From contig NMRA01000234.1 of NCBI GenBank assembly GCA_002633005.1, positions 369,535 to 433,534 of the forward strand: a stretch of DNA of 64,000 nucleotides, written 5' to 3'. The notes under the pieces were generated by a model. The model was not told the DNA's origin. It saw nothing but the letters and a program-made list of their open reading frames with translations, and did not search any database. The translations under genes and the position numbers were made by a program. This document shows, in pieces, positions 42,501 through 53,260 of this stretch (position 1 is the stretch's first letter; every line of letters begins with the position of its first letter). The stretch is from Phoronis australis. Lineage: Eukaryota > Animalia > Phoronida.

Positions 42501-45500
42501 TCAATGTTACAGTGGAAGCATTCAATGAACACAACATCCACTGCATGACTTCAACACAGCACTATTTAGTCAATGTTGCTGTGGAAGCATTCAATGAACA
42601 CGACATCCACTGCATGACTTCATCACAGCACTATTTAGTCAATGTTACAGTGGAAGCATTCAATGAACACAACATCCACTGCATAACTTCATCACAGCAC
42701 TATTTAGTCAATGTTACAGTGGAAGCATTCAATGAACACAACATCCACTGCATAACTTCATCACAGCACTATTTAGTCAATGTTACAGTGGAAGCATTCA
42801 ATGAACACAACATCCACTGCATGACTTCAACACAGCACTATTTAGTCAATGTTGCTGTGGAAGCATTCAATGAACACGACATCCACTGCATGACTTCATC
42901 ACAGCACTATTTAGTCAATGTTACAGTGGAAGCATTCAATGAACACAACATCCACTGCATGACTTCATCACAGCACTATTTAGTCAATGTTACAGTGGAA
43001 GCATTCAATGAACACAACATCCACTGCATGACTTCATCACAGCACTATTTAGTCAATGTTACAGTGGAAGCATTCAATGAACACAACATCCACTGCATGA
43101 CTTCATCACAGCACTATTTAGTCAATGTTACAGTGGAAGCATTCAATGAACACAACATCCACTACATGACTTCATCACAGCACTATTTAGTCAATGTTAC
43201 AGTGGAAGCATTCAATGAACACAACATCCACTGCATGACTTCATCACGTACAATTAGGGACACTAACTCGTCACATTACAGAACCTAAACATGAACCAAA
43301 ACAACAATTTCTGAAGATGGCGCTACAGGGGACTTTAAGGATGGCGCTAACGTGGACACGTGAATGGTGATTACCACTGTTATGAATGCAAACATGCAAA
43401 TTGAATTGTTTTTCTACGGTTGCCCGGCAACAGGATTTAAGCAGCGGGTAATAAAAGGTGGTCGATCAAGGTTCAGTTTTGATATATTGCAAAAGCAACA
43501 CCTTGTGAGTTCCAAGTCACCGTTCAGTAGTCCAAACAGTTAACAACACAAACTGTCACTGATAGGCACATTCGAAAACTTGTTTTGGTTGCACAATTGC
43601 ATTTACTTGGCAACAGAAGTTTTAGAAGACTGAACAGGTGCTACTTGAAATTCCAAGGTTGGCCCAACTCCAGATGGGAGCGCTACACATTCACTTACCC
43701 TCCTGAAATGATTTAGGGTGTCCGGACTGAGCAGACACATCTCTGTGATCAGCACCACAGCTGTCAGCAACACACCTGAATAAGAAAAACAACAATGAAA
43801 AACATGGCATGTAGGGGCGGCAGCAGTATCATAGCACGGTGTTAATGAGTAATATCATCAGCGAATGTATGGGCAGGTCTTAAGTGTCGTCCACACAAAC
43901 TTACACTAGAACAAGTTACACCTGGAAGGAGTTATTGGTAAGTTTGAGAGCTGTGTGGACACAATTTAAACAAGTGCACTTGCTCCACTTGTGACAACTT
44001 ACTCCACCTTATCAAGGTAGTGACATGTAGTACAACTCAACATTAAGAAACAACACAACAGTTCAACTCATTGGTATAGAACGAGAACTGTTAATAGTGT
44101 ACAAACCGTGATTCTTCTCGTTCAGTAGAGGTCTCGTGGCCGGGATAAATATTTCCATAAGCTCAGGTACTTTTCTAATTATACGCACTGCACACAGGAT
44201 CGCCTGGGAAAAAACAGTTGAAATTGGATGAACTGGGTAAAACAAGAAAAGAATCTGTATAGCGTTTTAACTTACACGTTTTAGTGAAATAAAAGTGACT
44301 GAAATTACAAGTTACATATGCAGTCTATCATTAAGTAAAATGTTAGTTGCTTAACTCAATGATTCACCACAAAAACTTTAAAAACATGTACAAGAAACAT
44401 GAAATATAACACCATTTACTACATTTTGAACTGAAGCCATATCATCACCTGACCAGGTTTAAATCTTCGTTAATAAGACTGTTAAAGTTAGAAGTAGATT
44501 GATGTGTAATTCTCAAAAACTAAGAATTGACTACATATCAAACTATATGTCTCAATGACAAAACTACACACAAAGCACACTTCACAGGTTTCAGATATTA
44601 CACATAAACAAGATTTGAATGAAAAAAAAAATCAGCATGTAAAACTTTACAAAAACTGAGAATTCAGTAAAAGATTATTTGCTGGCGTTGTTATTCATGA
44701 AAATATGGTATTGATGACAATTTAAGGGGGACAACAACAATTTTGATGTCATCTAAATACAGATCCTTGGTTTTCTAAGAAATACCACTCCATGTTAATT
44801 GCTGTGTCCCTGGCATGTATTTACTGCCATGCAAACCACAACATGAAACAGACAGCTTGACAAAGGGCCCACATCTTGGTTCTGCACTCGCTGCCATTGT
44901 GCAAACATAATGTCCAACTTGCTATAGAATGCAGTCGGAGGCGGTTATTCGTGTTTGCTCAATGGCTATGAATGCAGAACCAAGATGTGGGTCTTTTGCT
45001 TAGGTGTTATTGTCAATTTATATAGTTGCATGGCTATGAAGGATATATTACTGGTCCCCATTCCAGCTCATATATTAAACACACCAGGCCTTGTCAACTA
45101 GTAAAAGTATATATTTTCTGAGACAAAAGATGAGGGATTATAAAAATATATTTTATATTTAGGTGCCACTATTATGGTTACATTAACACCTTTTTCAAGT
45201 CAAAATTTTATTTTTAAGAAAGGTACATTCATAGCAAAATAACCAGTCGATTTTAACGAAACCTTTTTTAAACGAAAACTTCACCAGTTACCTCAAAAAC
45301 ACTGCTAGGAATTTTCGATTAGTCTCTTAGTTTCGTTTCCATGACAAATCAACTCGCAAAACTCAAGGTATTTTTGTAAAAAACAGCAGTTGTATTCGTC
45401 ATTGTTACAATACGCAAAAACTAAGCCTTTATATCGAAAATCCTAACAACATTTTTGAGACTGATGAATTAATATAGAGTTTGGAAAGTTTCAGCAAAAT

Positions 45501-48384
45501 ATACCAAGCCATTTTCGAGGACTCCCATTCCTAAGTTCAAATTAAGCTGATTTTCCGAAGTCCATAAAAAGCACAAAAAAGTCTCGGGGTGTTTTGATTA
45601 ATCATTCATGGTATATATTTTGTATTTGAAGTTCCTTGAGACTGAAGATAAGTATCTTGCTAGACATACGTGAAACACTGTAAAAATGGCCAATTTTTGT
45701 GAATAAGATTTGAGATAACCTTAAATACATGCCAGGGGAATGAACAGGGAAAAATATTTTACCAAGATAACCACGAAATACACAATTTTAAGAAAGGCAA
45801 CATAAAAAAGCTGCTTTCATGTTCAAGGTACTTCTACCCCGCCAGTAACTATTGTGGAATACCCAAATATTAATCTAACAATTAGGCAGGAAAAAGTGAC
45901 AGGCAAGCTGCTGTGTTGTACAGAAGATGCTCATGTGTCTCATGCACTGCGATGCATAGGGACAAAGTCAAGTGCTGAAAGATGCTTTTTTCTGTTTTGT
46001 TGGGTACGCAAAGTTTATTGCTCAATACGCAACATAAATATATTATTACATGCTCTCAGTCATTAATCACCTCATCTAAAACCCTCGTGAGATTTGAAGA
46101 AATACCTTCCAAATCTTACTCAGGGTCTACTTACAAAAATAATAGCCTGGCCACGTAATCTATATTCACCACAATACCACAACTGCCAAATCAATACATT
46201 GTACAATAATACAAAAGGTTTACCTTCTTCTTAACGTAGGCATTTGACGATTTGATAATTTTCTCCACTTCACCAGCCAGGTCTCGACTCATCTCAGTCG
46301 AGCATATGTTTCCGAGCGTGCAGAGGGCCAGAGACGAGACGTATTGACTCTGGTGGCTGAGGTCACTGTGGGAACCAACACAGAGCAGTTTGACTAGATT
46401 TAGAAACTGTTAAATATAGCCTAAGAATATTCAAACAAGGTACATGAATGTTGCTGGTGGTCAACATCTATACAATGGTGGTTACCATAACAACCGCTAC
46501 CCCAAACATAACAAACTGGATGAATAAAACAAAACCAACTAGTTATACAAACCATCAACAAATTAACACCACTTACAAGCAGTGGAAACGATTGAATTGA
46601 AAGTTTTGATTTCAGAGTAAAGTACCTCACAGTACAGCTTTGAAGCACAGTAATCAGATCCCAGTTTCAAACAATTCACTTTACTTAATTTACCAACTAA
46701 AATGATATCTGTTGAGAAACAGCTATTACGCGTCATCCCACAGCAAGAATTATGAATGCTGATACGTAAACATATCGGCAGCTGATGGCCATTACATACT
46801 TTTTTAAGGAGTTTGTGACTAAGAGATGGACATCTTGTCTTTCATCAAGCAGTAACATAGCACCCAAATATCCAATCCGCTTGTCTGTGTACTTGATGGA
46901 GGCAATCAGCTTGAGACATTCCAGCTGAAACAGAACACAGGAGACAAGAATCAGTAGATTGTACAATAATACACCAGTTGACAGCAGATGTACAAGAATA
47001 CATCAGGTGACAATATATGTACAATAATACATTAGTTGACAATAGACATACAACACAGTGTTCTACACGTCTGAAAATCTCAACAGGTCGCACGCGTACA
47101 AATGGCAGCAGACATGAGGGAAGAGCACAGCAGTCAATGTTCTCTGTAGCCTAGTGTGCGCCTTATTTTTACCCTCATACTTCAACAGTAATGCACAGTA
47201 GGGCAAACAAATAACTGTGTTCAATTTTTTATTTGTAAACAGGTGACAATGGACTTATTTAAAAACATATCACATAAACCATTTCTTAGTCAATGACATT
47301 AACATGGGAGTCTATATAGACGTGTTTAAAACAGCATGCGGAAATATTTTACTCAATAATTGTGATTGTCAATGTCAAAAAAGTCCAAAAAGTCTAACAA
47401 AGAGGTAAACTATTCAGCAGCAATATTACATACATGTCTTCCTACCAAGTAGACAGTCCAAGTGAAGTAGCACATAATTCTAAGATTTTTGGTGATTAAC
47501 TACCAAAATTTAAAAATATAAACCATCAAATCCAACAATTCTGGCCACAAATCAATCATTTTTAACAGACATGTTCAAGCAATTTTTCATTAATTCTCAA
47601 GGTGGTGCTGTTCCTTTCCGGGTTATGAGAAACAGCAAACATGGAGAGCAGTAATTTATGGGTGAAATAGAGCTGGGGTGCAATTCAGTACGAAAAGTAT
47701 TAGCAATTCCCAAATCATGTTTATGTTATCATTTTGAAGTAGATGGAATTTACCAATCAATTTACAAAATTAAAAAAATCTATGTTAGCCAACACGAATT
47801 TTTCTGTCAGAAAATGGAAAACCAGGGTCTCTTGCCAGCAGTTGTAACACAAACTTATATCTTAGGCCTATTTACAAGGTGCCATTCTGCTCCTTAATTG
47901 CAAGAAACAAACTTTTAGAAAATTCACAAAAGTCAATAAAATTAATAAAATGATAATTATTAGAGTGCATGACTCAAAAGAAGAATTGTCATTCGCGGAC
48001 CAAGATAATGACATAAGTTGATGACTTCAGTTGCCAAATTGTAACTACTGTCAACTAAATAGTAAATCGCTAAAAATCACTACCCTAGCATCTAGCTACG
48101 CATGATGCAAAAATGAAATAAACAGGTACAAACAAGCCACAACTTCTGTAACTGACTACCACCAGACTGGATGATAGACAACTTACCTGACCAAAGTGGG
48201 CGGGGTAGCCTAGCATGTGCAGGTAGAGGAGTTTTGCCACATTACGGCACCTGTACACACTGTCTTCCTCCTTAAACTTATCCCGCACCTGGGCAGATTC
48301 TTTCTTGACCACTTCACGCTCTTCAGCGGCCGTGCGTGCTGCACGAATCTCCCGGATGAGATCACGCAGGCGTTTCGGTGGCAT
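24563..48384 (-). CDS. AP1G1: AP-1 complex subunit gamma (gamma-adaptin), 21 constitutive coding exons, ~815 aa
   Basis: Exons (minus): 48384-48187, 46924-46800, 46365-46224, 44203-44107, 43775-43699, 39471-39376, 39221-39141, 37923-37825, 37443-37388, 36856-36743, 36403-36263, 35326-35272, 34965-34753, 32363-32236, 31990-31886, 31627-31474, 30706-30589, 30305-30207, 26110-25950, 25315-25223, 24658-24563. All GT-AG, total 2448 nt in frame. Protein: [14 protein letters not shown]...[18 protein letters not shown]...[13 protein letters not shown]...[10 protein letters not shown]; hinge LLDLL clathrin boxes; GAE domain [15 protein letters not shown]...EVNNFPPGV*. Confidence 0.97.
25440..25620 (+). 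mobile_element. Degenerate tRNA-derived SINE-like element
   Basis: A-box tggctcagtgg and degenerate B-box ggttaaattcc. Confidence 0.4.
27064..28055. mobile_element. PIF/Harbinger-like MITE
   Basis: TTA target duplication (27061-27063, 28056-28058). TIRs gggctgttccagcaaaa / ttttactgaaacagccc. Confidence 0.7.
27577..30121 (+). repeat. ~1.1-kb near-identical direct duplication (27577-28697 and 28993-30121) around an N at 28756
   Basis: Collinear copies from cttactgatcgcaactcccc to gtggacaggacttaagtgatg, with scattered SNPs and indels. Confidence 0.9.
30871..31085. repeat. 47-bp minisatellite, ~4.5 copies
   Basis: Unit aaccaggcatcaccctagacttcagctctgaataattttgtagatag. Confidence 0.85.
32800..33570. 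repeat. 69-bp minisatellite, ~11 copies (AP1G1 intron)
   Basis: Unit tgttcaacatgtacagtgcacagtgagtctatgtaggtatggtatgaatgaatggtgaacaaatccaag. It explains the 223-aa repetitive ORF. Confidence 0.95.
35375..35643. repeat. ~48-51-bp minisatellite, ~5 copies
   Basis: Unit catcttactaaccactgactggtcaacacagtccagtcaacaaactga. Confidence 0.85.
35740..36080. mobile_element. MITE-family copy, related to copies at ~28300-28690, ~29700-30113, ~43880-44020 and ~62750-63167
   Basis: Shared motifs gggtaacttg, gcaaac(c/t)tggggca, gctgcggtt, aaaagtggggta and terminus gtgtggacaggacttaa. Confidence 0.6.
38841..39122. repeat. 57-bp minisatellite, ~5 copies
   Basis: Unit cacaaagtgttatgtggcccagtatattgaactctttattctcaacagtagagggcg. 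Confidence 0.9.
40202..40216 (-). CDS. AP1G1: Candidate 15-nt alternative microexon of AP1G1 (DKGYE)
   Basis: Minus strand: ccctaac-tgtttctct-attattggctgatgtgcgtctgttag|GAC AAA GGC TAC GAG|gtaatg. Phase 0/0, between ...NHFRR and LVPQL.... Confidence 0.7.
40933..41525. mobile_element. Interspersed repeat, inverted copy of 49008-49587
   Basis: gcttccgccagattaagatct versus agatcttaatctggcggaagc; gcggttgtcaaagaaatttg versus caaatttctttgacaaccgc. Confidence 0.75.
42350..43247. repeat. 69-bp minisatellite, 13 copies (AP1G1 intron)
   Basis: Unit gcactatttagtcaatgttacagtggaagcattcaatgaacacaacatccactgcatgacttcatcaca. It explains the 304-aa repetitive ORF. Confidence 0.95.
44862..44997. repeat. Small fold-back element
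   Basis: aaagggcccacatcttggttctgca ... tgcagaaccaagatgtgggtcttt inverted arms. Confidence 0.7.
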
Positions 48385-49007
48385 ATCAACAGATAGTGAA
48401 GGCACTAAAAAAACAATAATTCAGAGCATGCAATTTACTTGTCTCGTTTTTAAAGTCGCACTTCCAAACAACAATGAACAGTGACAGGAAACCAGAAGTC
48501 ACAATGACACATTATGGAAAGACACGTCATTTGTTGTCAACAGCGCTATCCGATGAGTGAGAAATTGTCGGAAAGAATCATACTACCAAAGTGAATTAAT
48601 TTCATTTGTCTTATTTCCAAAATGGTAAAGGCGCATTTTGAACGCACATATAGCATTAGAGCAACTTTTCCTAGCCATGTCACTCAAACTGGATCAAAGA
48701 GTATTCGCATATACTGATTTCTTACGGGCCAAGCCAGCCATATACTGATTACTTTCCTAGTTTAGAGTGTGCTGTGTTGCTAGACAGGTCCTCCGTTTAT
48801 GCTGCCTCCTCTAGACCTGGCTGGCAGATGGGCGACCTCCTTATATGATAATCCTCAGTACATTTCCATTTGACCTTTAGAATACTGACCAATTATTAGA
48901 GTTTAGTATTCAATTTCACTGACGGAATAAATCACTATTCATAAGAAATATTGACTGCCGGAATATTTGTTGAGCTGAGGAGTGTGAACTTCCAGTTCTG
49001 GGTGTGA

Positions 49008-49587
49008 CTAAACAGGTAACGCGTCTGTGAATAAGTATTTACAGACACGGTCCACGAGGTTGTTAAACCGTGGAACACAAGCTGCCCAAATATTGCAAAT
49101 TAAAATTGTATCTGTGGTAGTTGCAAGACCTGAACGAAGCAAATACAGCACCAGTTCTTAACAAAAACAGAACAAGTTCTTTAAAGAAAGAAGTCGACAG
49201 TATATGCAAAAAATGTCAACATTTTCCACTCACATGCCTTGCTCTCAATGCCATCTTGTCGCTGAGTATTTACTGCCATAAGTTGATGTCGTGATACGTG
49301 AAAAGATGTCAACGATTTAACTATTGACCTAATTTGTACTTGAATGCCATTGGTTGAATCAAAAACGAGACTGACCATCAAGATCTTAATCTGGCGGAAG
49401 CGGAAATAAGGCGCCGAAGGTGGTCTTTTTCATCGACAAATTTCTTTATTTTGGGTTGTTGATTCTTGTGTAGAAAATGGTCATTCTATAACCCATGTAT
49501 GCTTTTGAGCTATTGTGAAGGTCCCATGTTCCACATTTCGGCAAATTTCTTTGACAACCGCGGCTTGCAAACACTGCAAGCAAAGCA
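49008..49587. mobile_element. Interspersed repeat, inverted copy of 40933-41525 (AP1G1 intron 1)
   Basis: Reverse-complement collinearity with 40933-41525. Confidence 0.75.
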
Positions 49588-50291
49588 GTGTGAAAATGGC
49601 GAGTTACCGATTTTGGGAACTGAACGAGGGACTGCTCAAAGATAAAGTTTGATAACGGGAGTATTTGTTTGAGTTGGAAGGAATTAAATACATTGATGGC
49701 TTCCTAAGGCGTCCCTCAATGCCCTAAAGGTATTTCTAATGTGTCTTTGATGTTTTAGTCAGTGCGAGGCATAATTCGCCGAAAGCTGTATACACATGCA
49801 TGCTTCACTTGATGTCATTTGTTGCACTTTTAAATGAGTAACTTTTAATGGGGAAGTAGGTCGCACCATACCACAGGCACGACACTGGCATTCAACAGCA
49901 GTAGAACTGTCCATAGGCATTGGCATGGGCCATTCCCATGCCATGGCCGACACTCGAGTCTAGACTAAGCTAAGCAAAGCTAGAATTAACAAAATGGAAT
50001 TGTGCAACAGAACCGCGCTTGAAACTGCAAGGTAGTGCAGTTCGTAATGTATCATCTGTGTCAATTCGGGCATCATCAAAATGACAATGAAACAAAACCC
50101 GAGGCGAGGGCGAGGGGGTGTCACTACAACGCTTGCGGATTTTTTTTCATTTTTTGCTTACCTCCCTCGCAGTCGGCACAGTGGTTAGTAAGCAAAAAAA
50201 CGATTAGACGCAAAGTTACCAACAATTTCAGAACCCTTAATATAATTAGAAATAATAAATAAAATAAAAACAGTTGATAGAGATATGTTAC

Positions 50292-50705
50292 CTGGTTTAA
50301 ATGTTTATTAATCAGCAGCCACTAACATCTCACCGAACCAAAATGGCCGGTGATGTAACCCAACAACAGCTTTGAATATTGTTTCGACGCAGAGAAAATG
50401 TGATTCAGTAACAATACTTGTATTATAAAGTGTTTAAATATCAATTCAATATACGGCATTTTTTACCTTAAATGTTAAAAAAGTACACAGCAACACTCTT
50501 AAGTATTCAATTTTTAGAGAATCTTCCAACAACACTACCACAATTTAATGAAAGTAGTCCGACACCGTGGCAAAAGAGTGTGACGTCATCGCGGAAGTAC
50601 TGTACTAGTGAAAACCTTCCCATAGATGGCACTTATCTTTCAGCATGGGTCACGTCACATGTAAACAACAGTGAAGGTTTTTTGGAGATGACTCTTCTTA
50701 CTGGG
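50292..50705. promoter_or_regulatory. Putative bidirectional promoter with candidate non-coding first exons of AP1G1 (-, donor at 50292) and the oxidase gene (+, donor at 50705)
   Basis: Minus-strand donor CAG|gtaac at 50292, plus-strand donor GG|gtatgc at 50705. Between them: YY1-like aaaatggccg (50340), perfect CRE tgacgtca (50581-50588), gtcacgtcac and forkhead-like gtaaacaa. Both genes have a splice acceptor just before their ATG, so each needs an upstream exon. Confidence 0.55.
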
Positions 50706-51292
50706 GTATGCAAGATTGTAAAGTCCAGTTGATTGTACAGATGACAAAAATTGATTTCAGTGCATTTGGTCAGATTGAAGGATGATGCTAGCAAGCTGTC
50801 CTGTATTTGGATGCTTTGCTCGAGACCATTTTTAACATGCTGTTGACCTAAATTGTCACCCGGGGCGGGTTTTCGTGTCTACCTCTATCCCGGGGCCGAA
50901 GGAATCACAAACTGCAGTCGCTACCGGCGCCGTGGCGGTTGCCTCCAGAATTCCAGTAACAAGGTCTAACTCGGATGTCGTTTTCTTTGACAGAGTCACG
51001 GGGTAACTAGTTAATCACCAAGTGACAGGTCACGGGGTAGGTCACCGGGTCACTGCTAACTCGCAATCGCGGGTCCAGTCACTTGCACATTGATTGTCTT
51101 GTCGTGTCGTGGTCTGGTACGTATCATTCGCTTTTACTAACTCTGACCGCTAATTGTGATTTTTGTGTTTCATGTTCCAGCATCCAATTCTTCACTAGGT
51201 GGGTAGACCTGATTCTATATGAATTACAGGACTGATTATACAAGTGACGTCCTGATGTAAATATGATATAAAGTCAGGGACATGGGATGAAC

Positions 51293-52732
51293 TATATAGG
51301 CGGATTAAGGGGGAGCAAAGGGTGTGCCCCCTTGGAGACTGCAAAAAATAAAACAGCAATAACATAAGGAAAAATTGAATTTATTAATTAACCCGGTAAT
51401 TCATGGGTGGCGCACCATGGGGGGGGGGGGGGGGGGGGGGNGCTGCACCACTCATGCTCTATGGGCAGTGCATCACAGGGGGCTGGGGGAGGCTTTAGCC
51501 CCCCACTTTTTTCAGTGCTGTGGCGCCCTTGAATTAACATTATACGGCCGAAACAAGATTTGACAATTTTTTGAGTTTTGGTTTGTGGGGGAGGGGAAGG
51601 GCTCAAACTCGATTTCAAGTGTCTGATTCAGACAAACGGCAACTATAGCCAAGTAATACCTCTCACGGTCGATATGCGCGTGATATCACAGGCGATCGGC
51701 AGTGGTGCTGCGCCCCACCACTCCAATTCTGTCGTCTGCTCCACTGTGCAATGGAGAAAATTACTTCACTTTTTCAAAGAAAACAGAAGCTGAGTTACGA
51801 TGATGAATAGATGCTGCATGTAAAATGTAAATTTTAATCGAAGCCTCATTGAATCACTCAGAAACTCGTAATTCTCTGTTTGTCAAACATTAAAATTAAG
51901 ATGATTTGCAAAGCAAGCGGTGTGGTTAATGCCAACACGGAAAATGGATTTGGTCTTTTGGGCATCTTAAGACTTTTAAACCCAACAACTTTTACTACAA
52001 ACTGGTTGTACAAAATATGAAACTTGAAAGGAGCAGGTTTGCGCGCGAACGGTGTAGACCTTAAACTTGACAAGTCTCTTAGCATTTAGTTATAAGTGTG
52101 GTGGCGCTAATTGGAATAGTGCGCGCTTTGTGATCAAGAGATCGTAAATTCGAGTCCGTCCATTTATGATTTTGCATTTTTAAACCACAAGCGGTGATAC
52201 CGCGATTAAACTGTTTAAATGCTTTAAAACAAAAATTGTTAATTTGTTTATTTAAAAAATCTTCTTTCAGGAGGTGATGTTATTGCTCAGTGTGTTATCA
52301 TATATGAATAAGTCATTTAAGTGTGCGTCATGACCACAAAAATTATGTGGCTGCTTGTGTATCTGTTCGTCATGGGTACAAAAAAGATACGTAAAGCAGG
52401 TGAAAGTTTACAATCAAGAGTTCAAAGCTTGCCTTGCATACAGCGATGTCAGATTCCAGAGTGCAATCTGGGTCGTGGGAATTAGCCGCGCAAGTCACAA
52501 ATATCCACCTGGCCAAGGAAATGGTTGATTATACTCCAGAAATCAAGGAAAATGCTTGTTTTCAGAGGCAAAAACAAAGTTTTACCTTGGGCAGAAGAGG
52601 GGAACCCCTTCCCGACCTCGCCCATTTGTCGCTACGGGCTTCTACTATCAATGATCGTGCTCTGCGCGCAATTGTCTACAAGGCAAAATGTTGGGGTCTC
52701 CCGGCCCTTATGATATCCTAGATCCGCCACTG
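51293..52732 (-). mobile_element. Non-autonomous TIR element (inverted relative of 59273-60234) with nested ~130-bp insertion at 51402-51531
   Basis: Termini taggcggattaagg / cctagatccgccactg, flanked by tgaac...tgaac. Internal collinearity with the reverse complement of 59273-60234. Confidence 0.75.
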
Positions 52733-53260
52733 TGAACAGAAGGTTTTGGACATTAAGTGCAACATGTCATATCCCAACCGTCAAAAAAAAACACTCAGTC
52801 ACAGTGCCTGTAGTTTTGTGACTGGCTTCTTTTGTTTGAGTATTAGGAAAGCGGTAGTTGTCAGTGATAATGTTGTAGCTTGTTCTTGCCAACATTCCAT
52901 CGTGACCATTTTATGTCGTTTTCCCACCAACTCCGCTACAAAGAACGCTCCGTCTCGTTACACACTGAAATTTTTCATTGCTTGTACACCAGTGTACAAT
53001 AAGAGGGCATATCTGAGTGATCGTAACACCTCCCAAAGAATTCAGTGGCATTTAAAGTGGGCATGCAGATCAACCAGACGTGCAATTGCAGAACACCTAC
53101 TAGTACATACATAATCATTGGCAAGTTAAACAGACGATGATATGTGACAAACACCAGTCAAATTCAAATGTTTGATTGTTCATGATGACAATCCATAGAA
53201 ATTTGAATTGGTCTGTAAAGGTTTGTTTTGTTTGCCTAACATTTTCCTTTTATTTCAGAT

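Noticed and set aside
42374-43288. 304-aa repetitive ORF
   Set aside because: It is the translation of a 69-bp minisatellite, antisense within an AP1G1 intron, with a non-ATG start.
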